In this document: piece by piece, positions 1 through 17,705 of the stretch
Numbering within the stretch: the first letter of the stretch is position 1
How the letters are laid out: every line of letters begins with the position of its first letter
NCBI RefSeq assembly: GCF_009914755.1
Contig: NC_060933.1
DNA length: 64,000 nt
Source: the human T2T-CHM13v2.0 reference genome, Homo sapiens
Direction: 5' to 3' (one strand)
Program-made: the position numbers and the translations under genes
Notes under the pieces: generated by a model
Told to the model about the DNA's origin: nothing
The model's database searches: none
What the model saw: the letters and a program-made list of their open reading frames with translations, nothing else

Positions 1-1560
1 TGATTATAATTAATGCTGTACACTTATTCTGTTGTATATGTGAAGGACTTTTCCTAGATCATATATCTAGGAAAAGAATTGCTAGTTAATTAACTGTGCC
101 CATTAGTAACTCTACTGGTAATTTATAGACACCAGATATGTATGCATGTTCTCGTTTCTCCACAATCTCATCAAGATTTGTTAATAAAATTTTAAAAATT
201 TCCAATGTTGTATGTATAAGACATTATCTCATTGTGGTATTAATTTGTATATCCTAGATTGAACATGAGACTGAATATCTTTTCAATATTTCTTGTTCTG
301 CTGAGTTTTCTAGTCTATGCACTGCCAGTTTATTCTTTTGCCTGTTTTTTTCTTTCAGGTTGCTTGTCTTTTCTAATTGATTTGAAGAAATTCTTTATAT
401 GTTACACATACTAATTCCTTTTTAATTTTATATGTTACAAATATATTCTATTATTTCATAGCTGCTTTTCTCACTTTTTGTGTTTTCTAGTAGTTTATAA
501 TTTTAAGGTAGAAAAATTTGTCCATTTTTTCCTTTAATATTTTTGCTTTTTGTGCTGTGCATTAGTTTGAAGTAAATATGCCTTTTTCCCATATAGATTA
601 ACAATTATTCTAGCAATATCTATTGAATGGCTCATCTTCTTCCTAATAATTGCAATATTATGCCTGTCATACATGCTATTTGTCTATTCCTGCAGCAGGA
701 TATCCTGTCTTAATTACTATTGTTTTAAAATCAATCTTTAAAATCTGGTACCACAATTCACCCCACATTTTCTTCACAAATTATATTTTCAGAGCCTTTG
801 CTCTTCTAAATACTATCTTAGAACTGTATTGGGATTTTAACTGAAAATATGTTTGGTTGATCTTTTTGTTTCTCATTTCTTTTTATACCTACTGGTTTGG
901 TATTTAAATACACTAGCTCCATTCTGTTAATTGATACCATTGAAGCATGAACATGCATACTTAATAAAATCTAAAGTTAATCAGTGTCTTTAACTTCCCC
1001 CCAAACAGTAAACATATCTGAAAACATTTTAATTCTGATCTCTTCCTAGCTTACATTGCATAGCTTTTTTATATTTTACCTCAAGCTTTTTTTTTCATTT
1101 TAGTCCAACAAGTTAGATGTTATGATGTTTATTTTTAAGAATAGGTTTAAATCTCCCAACAAGTATGTCTTATTTTATTTTTGATCACATTCCTTTCTTC
1201 ATGTCAGATTTTCTCTGATGTCAATTATTTACTTCTGAAACATTCTCTAGGAAGTTAAGGTCTTTTGCTGATAAATTAAAAAAAAATTCTGGAATGGAAT
1301 TTATTTCCCTCTGGTTCTTAAAACCATAGTTTTATTGGGTTTCAAATTTTTGATTGTCAGCTATCTTTGGAGCACATTAAAGGTCCATTCCACTGGCTTC
1401 TGGATTCCACAGTTGTTGGTGAAAAGTTACCTGTCAAACTCATTTCTGATGCTTTGTAGGGGAGCCATCTTTTCCCCTCTGGCTGCTTTTAGGGGATAAA
1501 CCAAGGGGTTCATTCTTGAAATTCTAATGTCTATTATTTCATTGTTTGTTCTGGTTTCCA
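1..1560 (-). mobile_element. Ancient L1M (L1ME-like) remnant, fragmented
   Basis: T-rich antisense L1 3'-end motifs at 1-860. The minus-strand translation near 1430-1500 retains the ORF1 motif LKAAR-EK. Boundaries are approximate. Confidence 0.65.
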
Positions 1561-3181
1561 ACAAAAGACATTGGAAATTGTGCAGTAAGGTTGAAAATGG
1601 GAATGCATAGTGACAGAAGTAAGTAGGGGTACTTTTTACCAACATTTTGACGTGACTTAATGAAGTTTGACTGCACAGCTTACTGGTTTCTACCCCATAG
1701 AAAACTACAGTAAGTGACTCTAAAACAAAAACATTTTGGCGATGTGAACATGTGGTCAGAAAAATAAAAACCAGTCTGAAATCACAAGAAAACTGACAGT
1801 CAATGGACCACCAAGATGTGTTTCCACTAAATGGTATACATACATACAAGTACCACAAAATCTTAGATAGGAAGTAAGAGTTGAGTAAGGCCCAGTAAAG
1901 AGATAGAGTTTGTTGAGTATGATGAATTATTTCCCAGAAAATCATGAAATATATTTTCATCTAATCAAGTGAGTCTTACAAAAATGTGCTCCCATTTTGT
2001 ATACTATCTTATAGCAAAGGATACGGGTTGGACAGCTTATGAATCCACATGTATACACTTTATATACATTTGTCACATTTTATTCACTCATGGATTCATT
2101 CATTCACTTAAAACTATTATTAAGTCCATCTGTGTTCTGGGAACCCATGTTCCTATTTAAGTAAATGCATCAAAACTATTATCTTATTTTTTTCATAGAG
2201 ATAACAAAAACTCTCAGGCTATGAAGGCAATTGCAATGCAAGTATGCTATTTAATTACTTGGGGAAGAGTAGTTTCATTAAAATGTCAGCTAAATTGAGT
2301 AGAAAAGATGCAAAAAAATAAAAACCAAAACCCACTCCAATGTTATCTAGAGATTTTTCAATGGTTTTACTTTATTATTTGATATGGTTGTAAAAAAAGA
2401 AAGAGAAGAAAGAAGAAAGAAGTAGAAAAGAAAGATAAGAAAAGGAAGAATCCTCAATCTAATAACCTCATGCTCAATTTTCAGTTACTTGTCTTTGTGA
2501 AAATGAACCTACTCTACTGCTTCTTTGAAGGAAAAGAGCAGGCCTGATTTCATGATTAAGCGTCAACTCTAGAGAATGATGTGGTTGTAATCTGTCTGCC
2601 ATATGTGTTATGGTTAAGTGGTGGTTTAACATATCTTTTTTTGTAAAACTTAAAGCTTAACAAATAAACAAATAAATAATGGCTCTTGCCTTAAAATATG
2701 CTGGTAATGTATTGACAGAGAAAAACATAACCCTTTTACTCCTATTTATATTCCATCATTTCTGCCAGTGAGAAGGATGGTCAGGCTAGTAAGAGGAGCA
2801 GATATTTGCGAGAGGAAATTGAAGCCCAACAAGATGAGTTAACACTCAGGAAGTGTGTGTCTCCTGCCCAGATAGAACTGCAGGCATGCAGGGCAACTGA
2901 GAGGATGTGCAGTTTAGTTTGCAGAGTTGCTACCAGCAATGTTTGAGGAATATGGAGAGCAGAATAGGTATTAAAGGACTGATTAGGACAATATGATGAT
3001 GAAAAAAACTTTAGAGAACTTAAAGAAATGTCTAAATCTGATTTTTAAATAGACTATTTTTTTTTAGGATTTGTGAGCACATGGAAAAAGAATAGTGATC
3101 CTAGGAGCTACCATATATGCCTTATTGACAAATTATGTTATATTGACCTTGCTTTATTTTGGGTTAAGATCTCCAGACTCT

Positions 3182-3673
<492 letters not shown>

Positions 3674-4239
3674 TTAAATTCTTTAAATTAAGATTTAAGT
3701 GAAGATATATTTGTTAAATTTGCAGGTGACAAGAAACTTGAAATACTACTATTAGGCTTTAAAGCAGGATCAGGTTTTAACACAATCCCAACTGCCTAAA
3801 AAGATGAAATTTAATATAGATAACTGGAAAATCTAGCACTTGAATATAAACATGATTTACTGAGTAAAATTTAACTTAGCAGGCAAAAACACCAGGGTTT
3901 TAGGAGAGCATACCCAATATGAGAAGGTGATGATAAAAAGCAACCAGCCACACCCAAAAGACTCCAAGAATGTCTTGGTGAACACGAGTTAACCAGTCTG
4001 AAGGCACTGTGAGCCGTTCGTTTTTATTTCAGATTTTCCACACTCTTTTCAGTTACTCTAAAATAACTAACAATGCTCTTTACCTTTATAAAACTACTTT
4101 ATCGTTTGAAAGCTTATGCTCTCTGTCCCCTTCCTACACTTTTTGTTTGGTTTAGAGCATAGTAAATAAGCACAATAATTTTTTAGATCTCCTCTGCTGC
4201 ACTTAATACTTCTTGTTTATAAAAAGATACCTGCAATTA

Positions 4240-5370
4240 TTTTTATCCAGGATAGATGTGAGCTCCTGGAGGTTGAACTGCCACAAGTTTCCTTATAAGT
4301 CTATAAATACAGGCTCTGCAACTGATCTCATTTATTTCCAAGGTTTTAAATGCCATCTGCATGGTGGAAACTTCCAAATGCACATCTCCATCTCTGATCT
4401 CTAGCTTCCTTTGTCCTGCATCCTTGACATCTTCTGTTGCATGTCACATCAAATATAACATAACTCCAAACAGACCATGTGATGTTTCCTTCTAACCAGC
4501 TTAGCTGTCATTATGCGACATCTCAGTAAATAATATGAGCCTCAACTCCGTTGCCGAAGTAAAAAATGCAGGTATCACTCTTGATATTTGTCTTCCCTTT
4601 ACACCCTGCCCATCATCAAGCCTGTCAGCTCTACCTCCAAAGTAACTCTTGATAACAACCCAGTCTGTCCCTTTCCACTGTTATGCCATAGTCTAAGCTA
4701 CCAACATCTCTCATTATTTCCAAGGCTTTCTATCTGATTCTCTGATTTCACTTATGCCTCCCATGGGACATGTTCCAAATAGTAGCCAAAGTTGTCTCTT
4801 AAAATACACATCATGTTTTCTTATGTCTTTGCTTAACGTTATTTTATGGCTTTTAATTGCAATAATAAGAATACTGAAATTTCTACCATGGCATATGACC
4901 TCCTACCTGATCGGGTCTGGTGGAGTTTTTCCAGCTTCTTCTTCTGTCGCTCTTTTACTTATTCACTAGAATCAACTCACGCTGGCTTGCTTTCTATTCT
5001 TTAAACATTCCAAACTCATTCCTGCTTTAGAGACTGTAGATTTTTCTGGTCTCTTTGGTTGAAATTCTCTGATCCCAGATTTTTAAATGGTTGTTTTCTT
5101 CTTGTCATTTGCATCTTAGTTCAAATAATACCTCCTTAAAAAAAATTCCTACCTTCCCCAGTTACTACCAGCACATCCTATTTGAATGACACCAAAGCAA
5201 GTATCACCATGGGAAAATTATTTTGTTTGTTTCTTTATTGACTATCTCCCCTCACAAGGTGTAGACAGAATAATGGGGTCCTATCTGTGATTGCTACCAC
5301 TGCACCCTTAAAGCCTGGAACAGAGCATGGCACATAGTAGGCAATCAATAAATATTTGTTGAATGATGGA
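4240..5370 (+). mobile_element. L2a 3' portion
   Basis: Typical L2 body motifs and the 3' terminus ggcacatagtaggcaatcaataaatatttgttgaatga. Confidence 0.8.
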
Positions 5371-5680
5371 TTCTATAATTAGTGAAGAGAGGTCTAAAGT
5401 GTAGGTTCTTAAATTCTAAAAAGAATGTACTCTTACTCAGTTAGGACAAATGACTGATAGCAGATACTTTCAGCTTTAATGGGAGGAGGCCATGAAGAGA
5501 ACAGAAAAGGCTTGACGTTCTGAAGTGAAAACGGTGTTAGTCGTTGGATGACAGCAAATGGGATAGAGTATCTGTGGCAGGAGAAGGTAGCCTGGAATAG
5601 AAGATAAGTTGCACTTTTATTAATTAAAGTTTAGAACTTCCTTTCCAGAGGATTCACTAATTGAAAACAACAACACAAAG

Positions 5681-5899
5681 CAGGGTTTCTCAACCTTAGG
5701 ACTGGAGACATTTGGGGCTGGATAATTCTTTCTTGTGCGGGCTGTTCTAGGCATTGTTGAATATTCAGCAGTATCCCTGGCCTCTACCCACTAGATGCAG
5801 TAGCACCTTCCCTGTTGTGGCAAATAAAACTATCTCCAGACATTGCCAAATGTCCCCAGGGGGAAGGAGAGGCAAAATCACCTCTGGTTAAGATTCAAT
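5681..5899 (+). mobile_element. MER20 (hAT-Charlie MITE)
   Basis: cagggtttctcaacc start, atccctggcctctacccactagatgc core and ctccagacattgccaaatgtcccc near the end. Confidence 0.9.
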
Positions 5900-6244
5900 A
5901 CTCAAAAAAAAAAAAAAAAAGTTCACATTCACATTTTATTCACATCTATCTAATAGACAAAATTATTTGTAATAAATTACCTCTTATGATGAACCACTTA
6001 ACAATCCTCAAGCAGGAAATAAAAGAGGGAAAAAAGTGCCTAAATTTTAGAGCTTGGTAGGCTTTCATGTGGTATATAATGGTAATGTTCATTTGGGCCC
6101 AATTGTAAAATTTCAACATTAAAAGAAGAAAGGTATTTTATTCAATTACAATTTATGGTCACTTTGAATACATAAACCTAGAAAGGTTTTGTGGAATTCT
6201 GGATAGAGAACGAGCTATATTGATGGAAATCTCAGCTCTGTTTT

Positions 6245-6440
6245 AAAATCTCAGCTCTGCTACTTACCCGCTGTATGACCTTGGATGAGTTACTTAATGA
6301 AGCTGAACATCACCTTCTTTTGCTGTAAAATGGGAAATGCAATCCCTATATTTTAGAGGTGCTGTAAAGATTAAATGCAGTAAAATTCATGCAAACAGTC
6401 CAGCTGCATGTGTAGCACACTCTCTTTGAATGTTAGCAAT
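6245..6440 (+). mobile_element. MIR
   Basis: Core ctctgctacttac..tgtatgaccttggatgagttactta..ctgtaaaatggga. Confidence 0.8.
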
Positions 6441-8099
6441 TGTTTTTTTTTCTAAAGTAAATGGCCTTTTTCTTTTTTATGTCATATAAAAGTAGCTAAT
6501 GCAGATGTATACCATGATACAGAATTAATATACAGTGAAACACACTAAGGGAATGCCTTCATTATTTTCAGGCAAATAGCTTTTGACAGGAGTCAAGTAT
6601 CAATTAAGGTACTGTCTTCTGATTACACATGGGACTTCTTGATCATAAAAACCTCTATTAGATGTGATCCTTTATGCTTTTGACACATGCTATCACACTC
6701 TCAACTTTGTTTCGTTGAGGTCTATCTTCCTGCCAGAAGTAGGTGGGGGTAGTCTTCTGTCACCTTGGATTTTGAAGCCCATCAAAGGCAAAACAAAACA
6801 AAACAAAAATCACCTTCTGAAACCTTATTAAGACACATGAAATTTTAGGCTGTCATCTTTGTTGATTTTGAAAGATCTCAACTCTAATTGGTAATGGAAA
6901 CTTAAGTCATCTCATATGGGCGCAGGTATGATAACCAGTTTGTGCCTAAACTCAGTACAAAATTTTCAACATGATTACAAATTGTCAGATTTAAAAAAAT
7001 CATGCTGTTGGTTGTGTGATTATGGGTCAAACTTTTAATGCTATCTGAGCACAGAAATAAGTCACATCTTAATACAATTTTTTTTTCATTTTTACAAAGC
7101 TGTGAGTATGATTTCTAGCTGTAAATTATGGGTATAACATTTGAGTAGGAATTTGCAATGAGACATTTTGAAAGTGGCAGTAAACAAATGGACAAATACT
7201 AGAGGCTTTGAAAACTTTAAACTGGGCTTTCAAAGCCATAATTAGTTTTTCTAATCAGAGTTGTATTATTTAATTTTTAAAAACTACGTTCTATTCTCCA
7301 CTTCACAATGAGAAATACCTCAGTTAAAGAAAGAACATGTTCTCTCTCTCACTGTCCTTCCCTCTCTGGATCTCTTTCTCTCCCTCTGCGTTTTTCTGAC
7401 TCATATGGTTTCCCCTCTGTCTGGATTGTCCTGCCATCTCATTATCCTTCAGTCGGTAAAATCAGAGCCAAAACACTAAATGTAATTGTGCAACCTTTAA
7501 GGCTTGTGTTTCTGGTTTCAAATTTTCCCTCTGTTAGCATCTTAATGACCCACACTGATCGTTATTGTCCCCTCCTCCAGGTATACTTTGGTACTCCCAT
7601 AGCACTGGTGTTTACCTCTGTCTTTGCACCAGTCCATGGTCCTGTAACTCCTTCCTTACTTGCCTGATTCTCTACTAAATTGACGGCACTTCTCAGACTT
7701 CAATACCCACCTCTAAGAGTAGAATTATATGCTGAGACTCACATGCATTGCTAAACATTACCTCCCAAAACAAGATTCCCAGATAGGACCTGCTTTTGGT
7801 GAGCACAAGGACATCCCTGTGGGCAGGAAGCCTGAGTGTTTGCTCTGGGAAAGCCCTGTAGGGCTCTGTCATTCCTGGCTTTGGCCCCAGCTCCCTTTTT
7901 GACTCTAGACAATCGTGCTTGGTCGCTACAAGGAGTGATCAGTCTTCTCACCTGGCTCTGCCTCTGGGTGATGGTGAGAACCTTCTTCAATAAGCTGCTT
8001 CTGTTCTAATTTTGAAAAGACTCTCCTGAGTGGTTAGATTATAAGAACAGGGGTGCTACTTCCTCCCCCAATAGGTTGACTATTATGGATTACCTGTTA

Positions 8100-8220
8100 A
8101 TTGCTATAGTTGCCAGCACATTTTACAGTTTCCTCTGTGGCACAGAGGGAAAGCCAGGAGTTACATTTCTCAGAATCCCCTTCTCTTTATGGTTGTAGGT
8201 TAGATTTGGCCACATAATGG
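8100..8220. mobile_element. Possible ERVL LTR (LTR33/LTR16-like) fragment
   Basis: ttacatttctcagaatcccctt...ggttagatttggcca resembles LTR33-family motifs, but the match is short. Confidence 0.35.
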
Positions 8221-9089
8221 TTCAATAAAATACCACATGTGAAATGCCAAGCATAATGCCTGGTACAGAGTAAGTAGCTAATCAAATTGGAGTGTCTTTC
8301 TTTCTCAACTTTTGTTACCGATGCCACATTAAGGGCATACATATCAAATTTAATGAATTTATAACCTTCAGAAGGCCATCAGATATATTCATTAATCAAT
8401 AGTATTATTTTTTTCTTGAGTTTGTTAACTATAGTAATTGCAAAACCTGGAAATGACCTAGTGTGAAGTCAAAGTGAAAAAGGAATAAAGAACAGTTAAG
8501 AGGATGTATGTGTTGAGAAATTCAAATAATAAGGGTAATTGTACACTGTGTGTCCACATCAAGATTATAATCTGTTTTTTAATTAACTAATAATGATTAT
8601 GCTATAATTTTACTGTGTTTTGCATATCCTCCTAGACCTTCTTGGACCTTAGAGTACAATCTGATGAAATATTAATTAAAAGAAAATTAATATTTCTGTA
8701 TTAATTTCTGTGCATTCTATAAAGCAATGGTAGGGAAGAAGGCAACCATATATACAGCCCTCAGAGCATATTTATACCGTTTTAAAGAATTTGTTATAGT
8801 CTAGTTTAGGGTGTTTCATTGTTTTAAAAGAGACAACTTTGTTGGTACTAAAATCATTCTAATTATGTTCTTTGTTTTATTTGGCTTTTAAAAACAATTT
8901 AAAAGTATCAGTCACTTGGTATCTATTATGCACCTGCAGGTGCTGAGCTCTCACATGGTAATTTGAGACAGGGGGGCAAAAGATAAGTAAAATATTTATA
9001 ATAAATACGAATTGGATGAGTCTCCATTCCAAAGAAATACCTAAATTGATATCAATCACATATGCTAAAGTGAAGGAAGGAAATTAGCA

Positions 9090-9310
9090 GTTAACATATA
9101 CCTGGTATACGCCAGGTACTTATCAATATTATCTTAAATTTAATTCTTCAAATTAAAGTATTCTATTAAAAACCTATGAGGTAGACTTTCTTATTCCTAT
9201 TTACTGTATGAAGAAGCTATGGCTCATTTTGTTCAAGACTCCCAGTAGTAGGTGAAAAAGCTAGAATCCAAACCCGCTGACTCCAGATGCTGTTTTATCT
9301 GTACTATGGT
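9090..9310 (-). mobile_element. MIR
   Basis: Antisense MIR: acctatgaggtag..ttattcctattt..tagaatccaaaccc..tgactccaga. Confidence 0.65.
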
Positions 9311-9589
9311 ATTTACCTCTAAAAAAAATTAAATTAGTTTTCATTAGTTGTGTCATACCAAAAGTATGGTCTTGTACCTAGTAGATGTTTCATCCAGCAC
9401 TGCTGGGCCTTACTGAGGTCCATGGGCCAGAAAGTCTGTATAAATAATTTTCCTGGGAAAGGAGAAAGCCAGGAGTTATGATGGATTTGAAATGGGTGAG
9501 GGCCCTTGGAGAAGGAAAGTATGAGAAGATCTTTTGCAGGAGCTGGCACATTGGCCTAGTTCAAAATTATAGCTACCATGAATTGCTAT

Positions 9590-9760
9590 ATAAGGTACTC
9601 TATGAGCATTTTACACATAATATCTAATTTAATCTTTAAAACAGTCTGTGGACCAATGAAGCATTATTGACCCAGTATTACAGATGAGAACTCAGAGACA
9701 GAGAAAGCTCAAAAAACTTGCCTATGGTCCTACAGAGTCTAGCTGATCCTGAAGTTCATG
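9590..9760 (-). mobile_element. MIR
   Basis: ttacagatgagaactcagagacagaga..aacttgcctatggtcctacag. Confidence 0.65.
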
Positions 9761-10499
9761 GTAATGAACTTTATACTGTATTTTGCAATTAAATATTAGA
9801 CTATATTCTACAATGTAAAATGCTCACCAAACTTAAATTTGATTGCATTGAGACATAAATGTCATACTGTAGAAAGTCTTGTTTTATCTATAACTCCCAA
9901 ACCATGGTGGCAATTGGAGAAGAGGGGCCCTTCCACCTGACCCATTCCTGATGTCTTCAAAACCTTTGTGATATAGAAGTATGGAGAAGATGTGGCTTTT
10001 ACATATAACCTTTAATGGATCTGTCCTACATCTTGGTTTCTTTTCTGAGGGCCTCTAGGGTACTACTAGAGCTGGCTTTAACGTGAGAAAGCAAGCAGAG
10101 TAATTGTTTATCACTGATGAAATGCATGTCTGGTGTATCAGAAAATAAACACTTGGGTTTGAAAGTGAGAAGCAAAGTGGACCAAATGGACTGCCTTATT
10201 GGAACCACTGCTGGCCATTCTCAGACCTCACTGGAAAAGCTAAGGCAGAATATCCCTATAATATAGAAATATTCCAGCGATCCCAGAGAATGAGGCATGG
10301 AAAGGAGGGTAGGCATCTCATTACCTCTTGAGAGTGATCAAGATTGCAGGACCCATCTGAGACAGATAAAATCTTTAACATGAAAATGGAAATCCTCAAG
10401 AATAGTGTGTGGTTAACACATGAAGGGAGGCAAAGAAAGGGACGCTGGTGAGGTATTTTACTGGGCGGTATGATACTTGAATTCGTGAGTGTCTATAAA

Positions 10500-10830
10500 T
10501 AAAATGAGGTAGTTCTCTATGTACTGACATGAAATCTCTAAGATAAATCATTATGTGAAACAAGTAAGGTTTCACTTACACGAACAATGTGCATGGGTAG
10601 TATGTTTATATTAAAATAAGAGGTGTGAACAGCTGTATAAAAATATTTACATATGCTTACCTGTACATAGGACAGCCCTGGAAGGACATATCCCATATGC
10701 ATTTGGACAAGGAGCTAGCAGTTAACAGTGGGAGGGAAACTTACTTTTCACTGAAACACTTTTATGTCATACTACAAGCATATATTGTCTCTTGCCTGAA
10801 AATCAACATTTTTAACAATAAAAAAATCCA
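10500..10830 (+). mobile_element. Old L1M (L1ME/L1MC) 3'-end fragment
   Basis: aaaatgaggtag..ctatgtactgacatg and gggagggaaacttacttttcact motifs of L1ME 3' UTRs. Confidence 0.55.
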
Positions 10831-11479
10831 CACGTCTCTGAGCTGACAAAATTAAAACATATGGAAAAATGCTGCACTATATTCAAAATGAAAAGATGAC
10901 GCTGATTCAGATTTAAAAAATGATACAACTCAGAAACCAGAAAGAATGGGAAAAGCCTATATTTCATTGTTCTCCATTCAAAGCCGCAAGTACAGAGATA
11001 TAATCTTTACAAGATAAGTAGCCAATATAACTAACTTTAAATGAAGTTTTTCCTTTCCAAACACCTGCAATAAGCTTTCCTCATTTGAAACAAAGAATAT
11101 ATTTCTGGGCATATCCATGTGTGAAAGTTGAACCTCAGGAGATCCCAATCTCATTTCTCCTGCCTAATGAAAGGGGAAGAAAAATTAAAGCTAATTTGGG
11201 CGTACTTAATTTCAAAGTTAAAAGCTCTGAATTTATATATGTCAGAAAACGGTCTTGATGGCAAATTTTTAAAGAAAAAAAAACATGTCCCAAATGGCAT
11301 CACACACAATGCAGCAATCCCTGGACGAGTGAGAGTGAAAAACTTGAGTTCCAACTTGGCCACAAACTTATGAGACTTTAACAGAGTCACTCTTTTTATT
11401 TTTCACGTCATCCATCTCAAGGCTATAATTTTATTGACATTTCCTTCAGTACAGGCAAGGCTTAAATAGCAAGTATTCT

Positions 11480-11958
11480 AGATTGATTATAAAAATGGCT
11501 CCAATTCTTTCTTTCCCTGTATCCACAGCACTCACAATATGACTTTGAAGTTATTTTCATGACAAGAGTCTATTTTTCCAACCTTTGGATCAGAGTTAGA
11601 CTTGTGTGACAATGTGCCAGTTTCAAGCCCAGGCTTCACATGGCCTGGCATGCTTCTAATCACTCTCTGCTGTACCTTTGGACAAGTCCAGACTAGCTTT
11701 TTGAAGAAAAGAAAGCATAAACAGGAGAGCCAAGTCATGTAAGCTGAGGCCATCCCAGACCAGTTAGCTCCTAGTCCACTTGCCAGCTGACTACAGATGC
11801 ATATGATACTCCAGCAGAGATAAGATGAGATTAACTGAGCCCAGACTAGATTGTTGGAAGTGCCCAGCTGACCCATAGACTCATGAGGTTTTATTGTAAA
11901 TTACTTGCTTTGGGGTTATTTGTTATACAGCATTTTTGTAACAAGAGATAAACTGTAT
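11480..11958 (+). mobile_element. MLT1 (F/G/H-type) MaLR solo LTR
   Basis: aaaaatggctccaattc near the start, agctgaggccatcccagaccag core, and ttggggttatttgttatacagca..agataaactgtata end. Confidence 0.75.
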
Positions 11959-12649
11959 AGGAAGAAAAAGCACTTTTAAAACAATATGTGTTTTACCAAT
12001 ATTTCATTCTAATCATCACTATTAATTAACATTTCCCTTAAGGGTAAAAACGAATACCTCTAAGCAGAAATATAAGTAAAATATATTCATGAGAAAATTA
12101 TTTTTCTTTTGAGTTCCCTAAGATTGAAAGTTTACCTGTGACTTAGGGTGAGATTCTTTCATTCTTCATTCATTCTTGGTCCTATCTGGGGAATCTTTTC
12201 CTGGAATGATCATGAAATAGATCCCTATGTGTGGTGTTCAGCACCCAGATACAGGAATATGCCACATACTCCACATGCATTTCCATTTTCATGCCCCCTC
12301 TCACAACTCAGCCAGCTGCTTTGAGCCAAGTACACCAGTGGCCCTTACCTAATTCCTGAGACAATCTTATGGGAATTAGCATTTCATTGGTACATATTTC
12401 CAGATTTGTGTGTTCACATTTCCAGTCCTGTAACATGAGTAACCCATGAGATAGCTCCTAGTCTTCAATAGCCACAATTTCCTCCATGGCTACCTAAGAT
12501 ACTTTAGTACCAGTAAAATAAACTCTTTGGTTTCAGCATTCCCAATCACTATAATATAATGACTCAGTACAGAATAATAGGCATCTGTTCTGATAACCAT
12601 ACTATTCCTTGACAGTTCATGCTATTTGGATGTCCAGTGAAGCAATTTA

Positions 12650-12800
12650 AAGGAACAGATTTTGGAGTTCAAATCGTGGCTCTGCCATTAACTAATTTCG
12701 GATAAGAGATTTAATTAATCTGAACATCTGTTTTCTTATCTATAGTATTGGGATAACAATACCTCCTGCATAGGGTTTGAGGAGATGAAGAAATAAGATT
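12650..12800 (+). mobile_element. MIR
   Basis: gagttcaaatcgtggctctgccatta..ctgttttcttatctatagtattgggataacaatacct. Confidence 0.7.
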
Positions 12801-12843
12801 ATATATATATATAATTATACACACACACACACACACACACACA
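12800..12843. repeat. (TA)n/(CA)n compound microsatellite
   Basis: Read directly from the sequence. Confidence 0.95.
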
Positions 12844-13242
12844 TATAATGGTTTAGTACAACTAATGGGTACATAAATGGAAAAAGTGATGGCACCTGAA
12901 GTTCAGTTACATACAAGGCAACACATTGGACCTGCTTCTAGTATATACATTTGGACCATGGCTAAGACTGCTATGCCCTTTAGACTCTGGCCTTCATTGC
13001 CAGACTACCCTGATAAAAGCAAAATGTTAAAACCAAGATCTTCCTTTGCAAACACCATAGTAATCTGCATTCCATCTGATTCTGGTTTTCTTCCCTCATC
13101 CCTCTCCCCTACCTTGGGATCCCTGGATGAAATGTAGGTATATCCCAGGTCTAAGTCCTCTGGGTACTGACAGAAACACATATTGTGCAACATATGGAAG
13201 ACCACAGAAATAGAGCCTTTAGCACGGGATTAAGACCAAGCA

Positions 13243-17348
<4,106 letters not shown>

Positions 17349-17469
17349 CTGAAAGGCAGTTTTCACTATCCAAAACCAAGCAGCGTCTTTCCTTACTTGT
17401 ATGATCAATAATAAGAATGTGACATCCTTAAATAATAGTGAACATTTTATGACATAGTATTATAAAAAT

Positions 17470-17705
17470 AGTTACTGTTTACTGAGCCCTTCTCATATAC
17501 CAGACATTGGACTAAGTGCTTTCTATGCATCATGGCTTTTAATTCTTATCACAACCTTATGAGTTAAGTGCTATCACCATTTCCATTTTATGGAAGGGAT
17601 GCCAAGATAGGCTAAGTTACTTGTATAGGGTCACACAGACTTAGCAAGTTGAACAGGTAAGATTTAAACCCAGGTAGTCAGACCTCTAAGTACATGTTTT
17701 TTATC
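17470..17705 (-). mobile_element. MIR
   Basis: acaaccttatgagttaag..catttccattttatggaag..ggtcacacag..gatttaaacccaggtagtcagac. Confidence 0.8.

Noticed and set aside
1427-1960. 177-aa minus-strand ORF
   Set aside because: Low-information sequence overlapping a decayed L1M ORF1 remnant, not a host gene.
7909-7973. Exon-like segment (polypyrimidine-ag ... g/gtgaga)
   Set aside because: Splice-like signals are common by chance. The translation matches no protein I recognise and no partner exons are evident.
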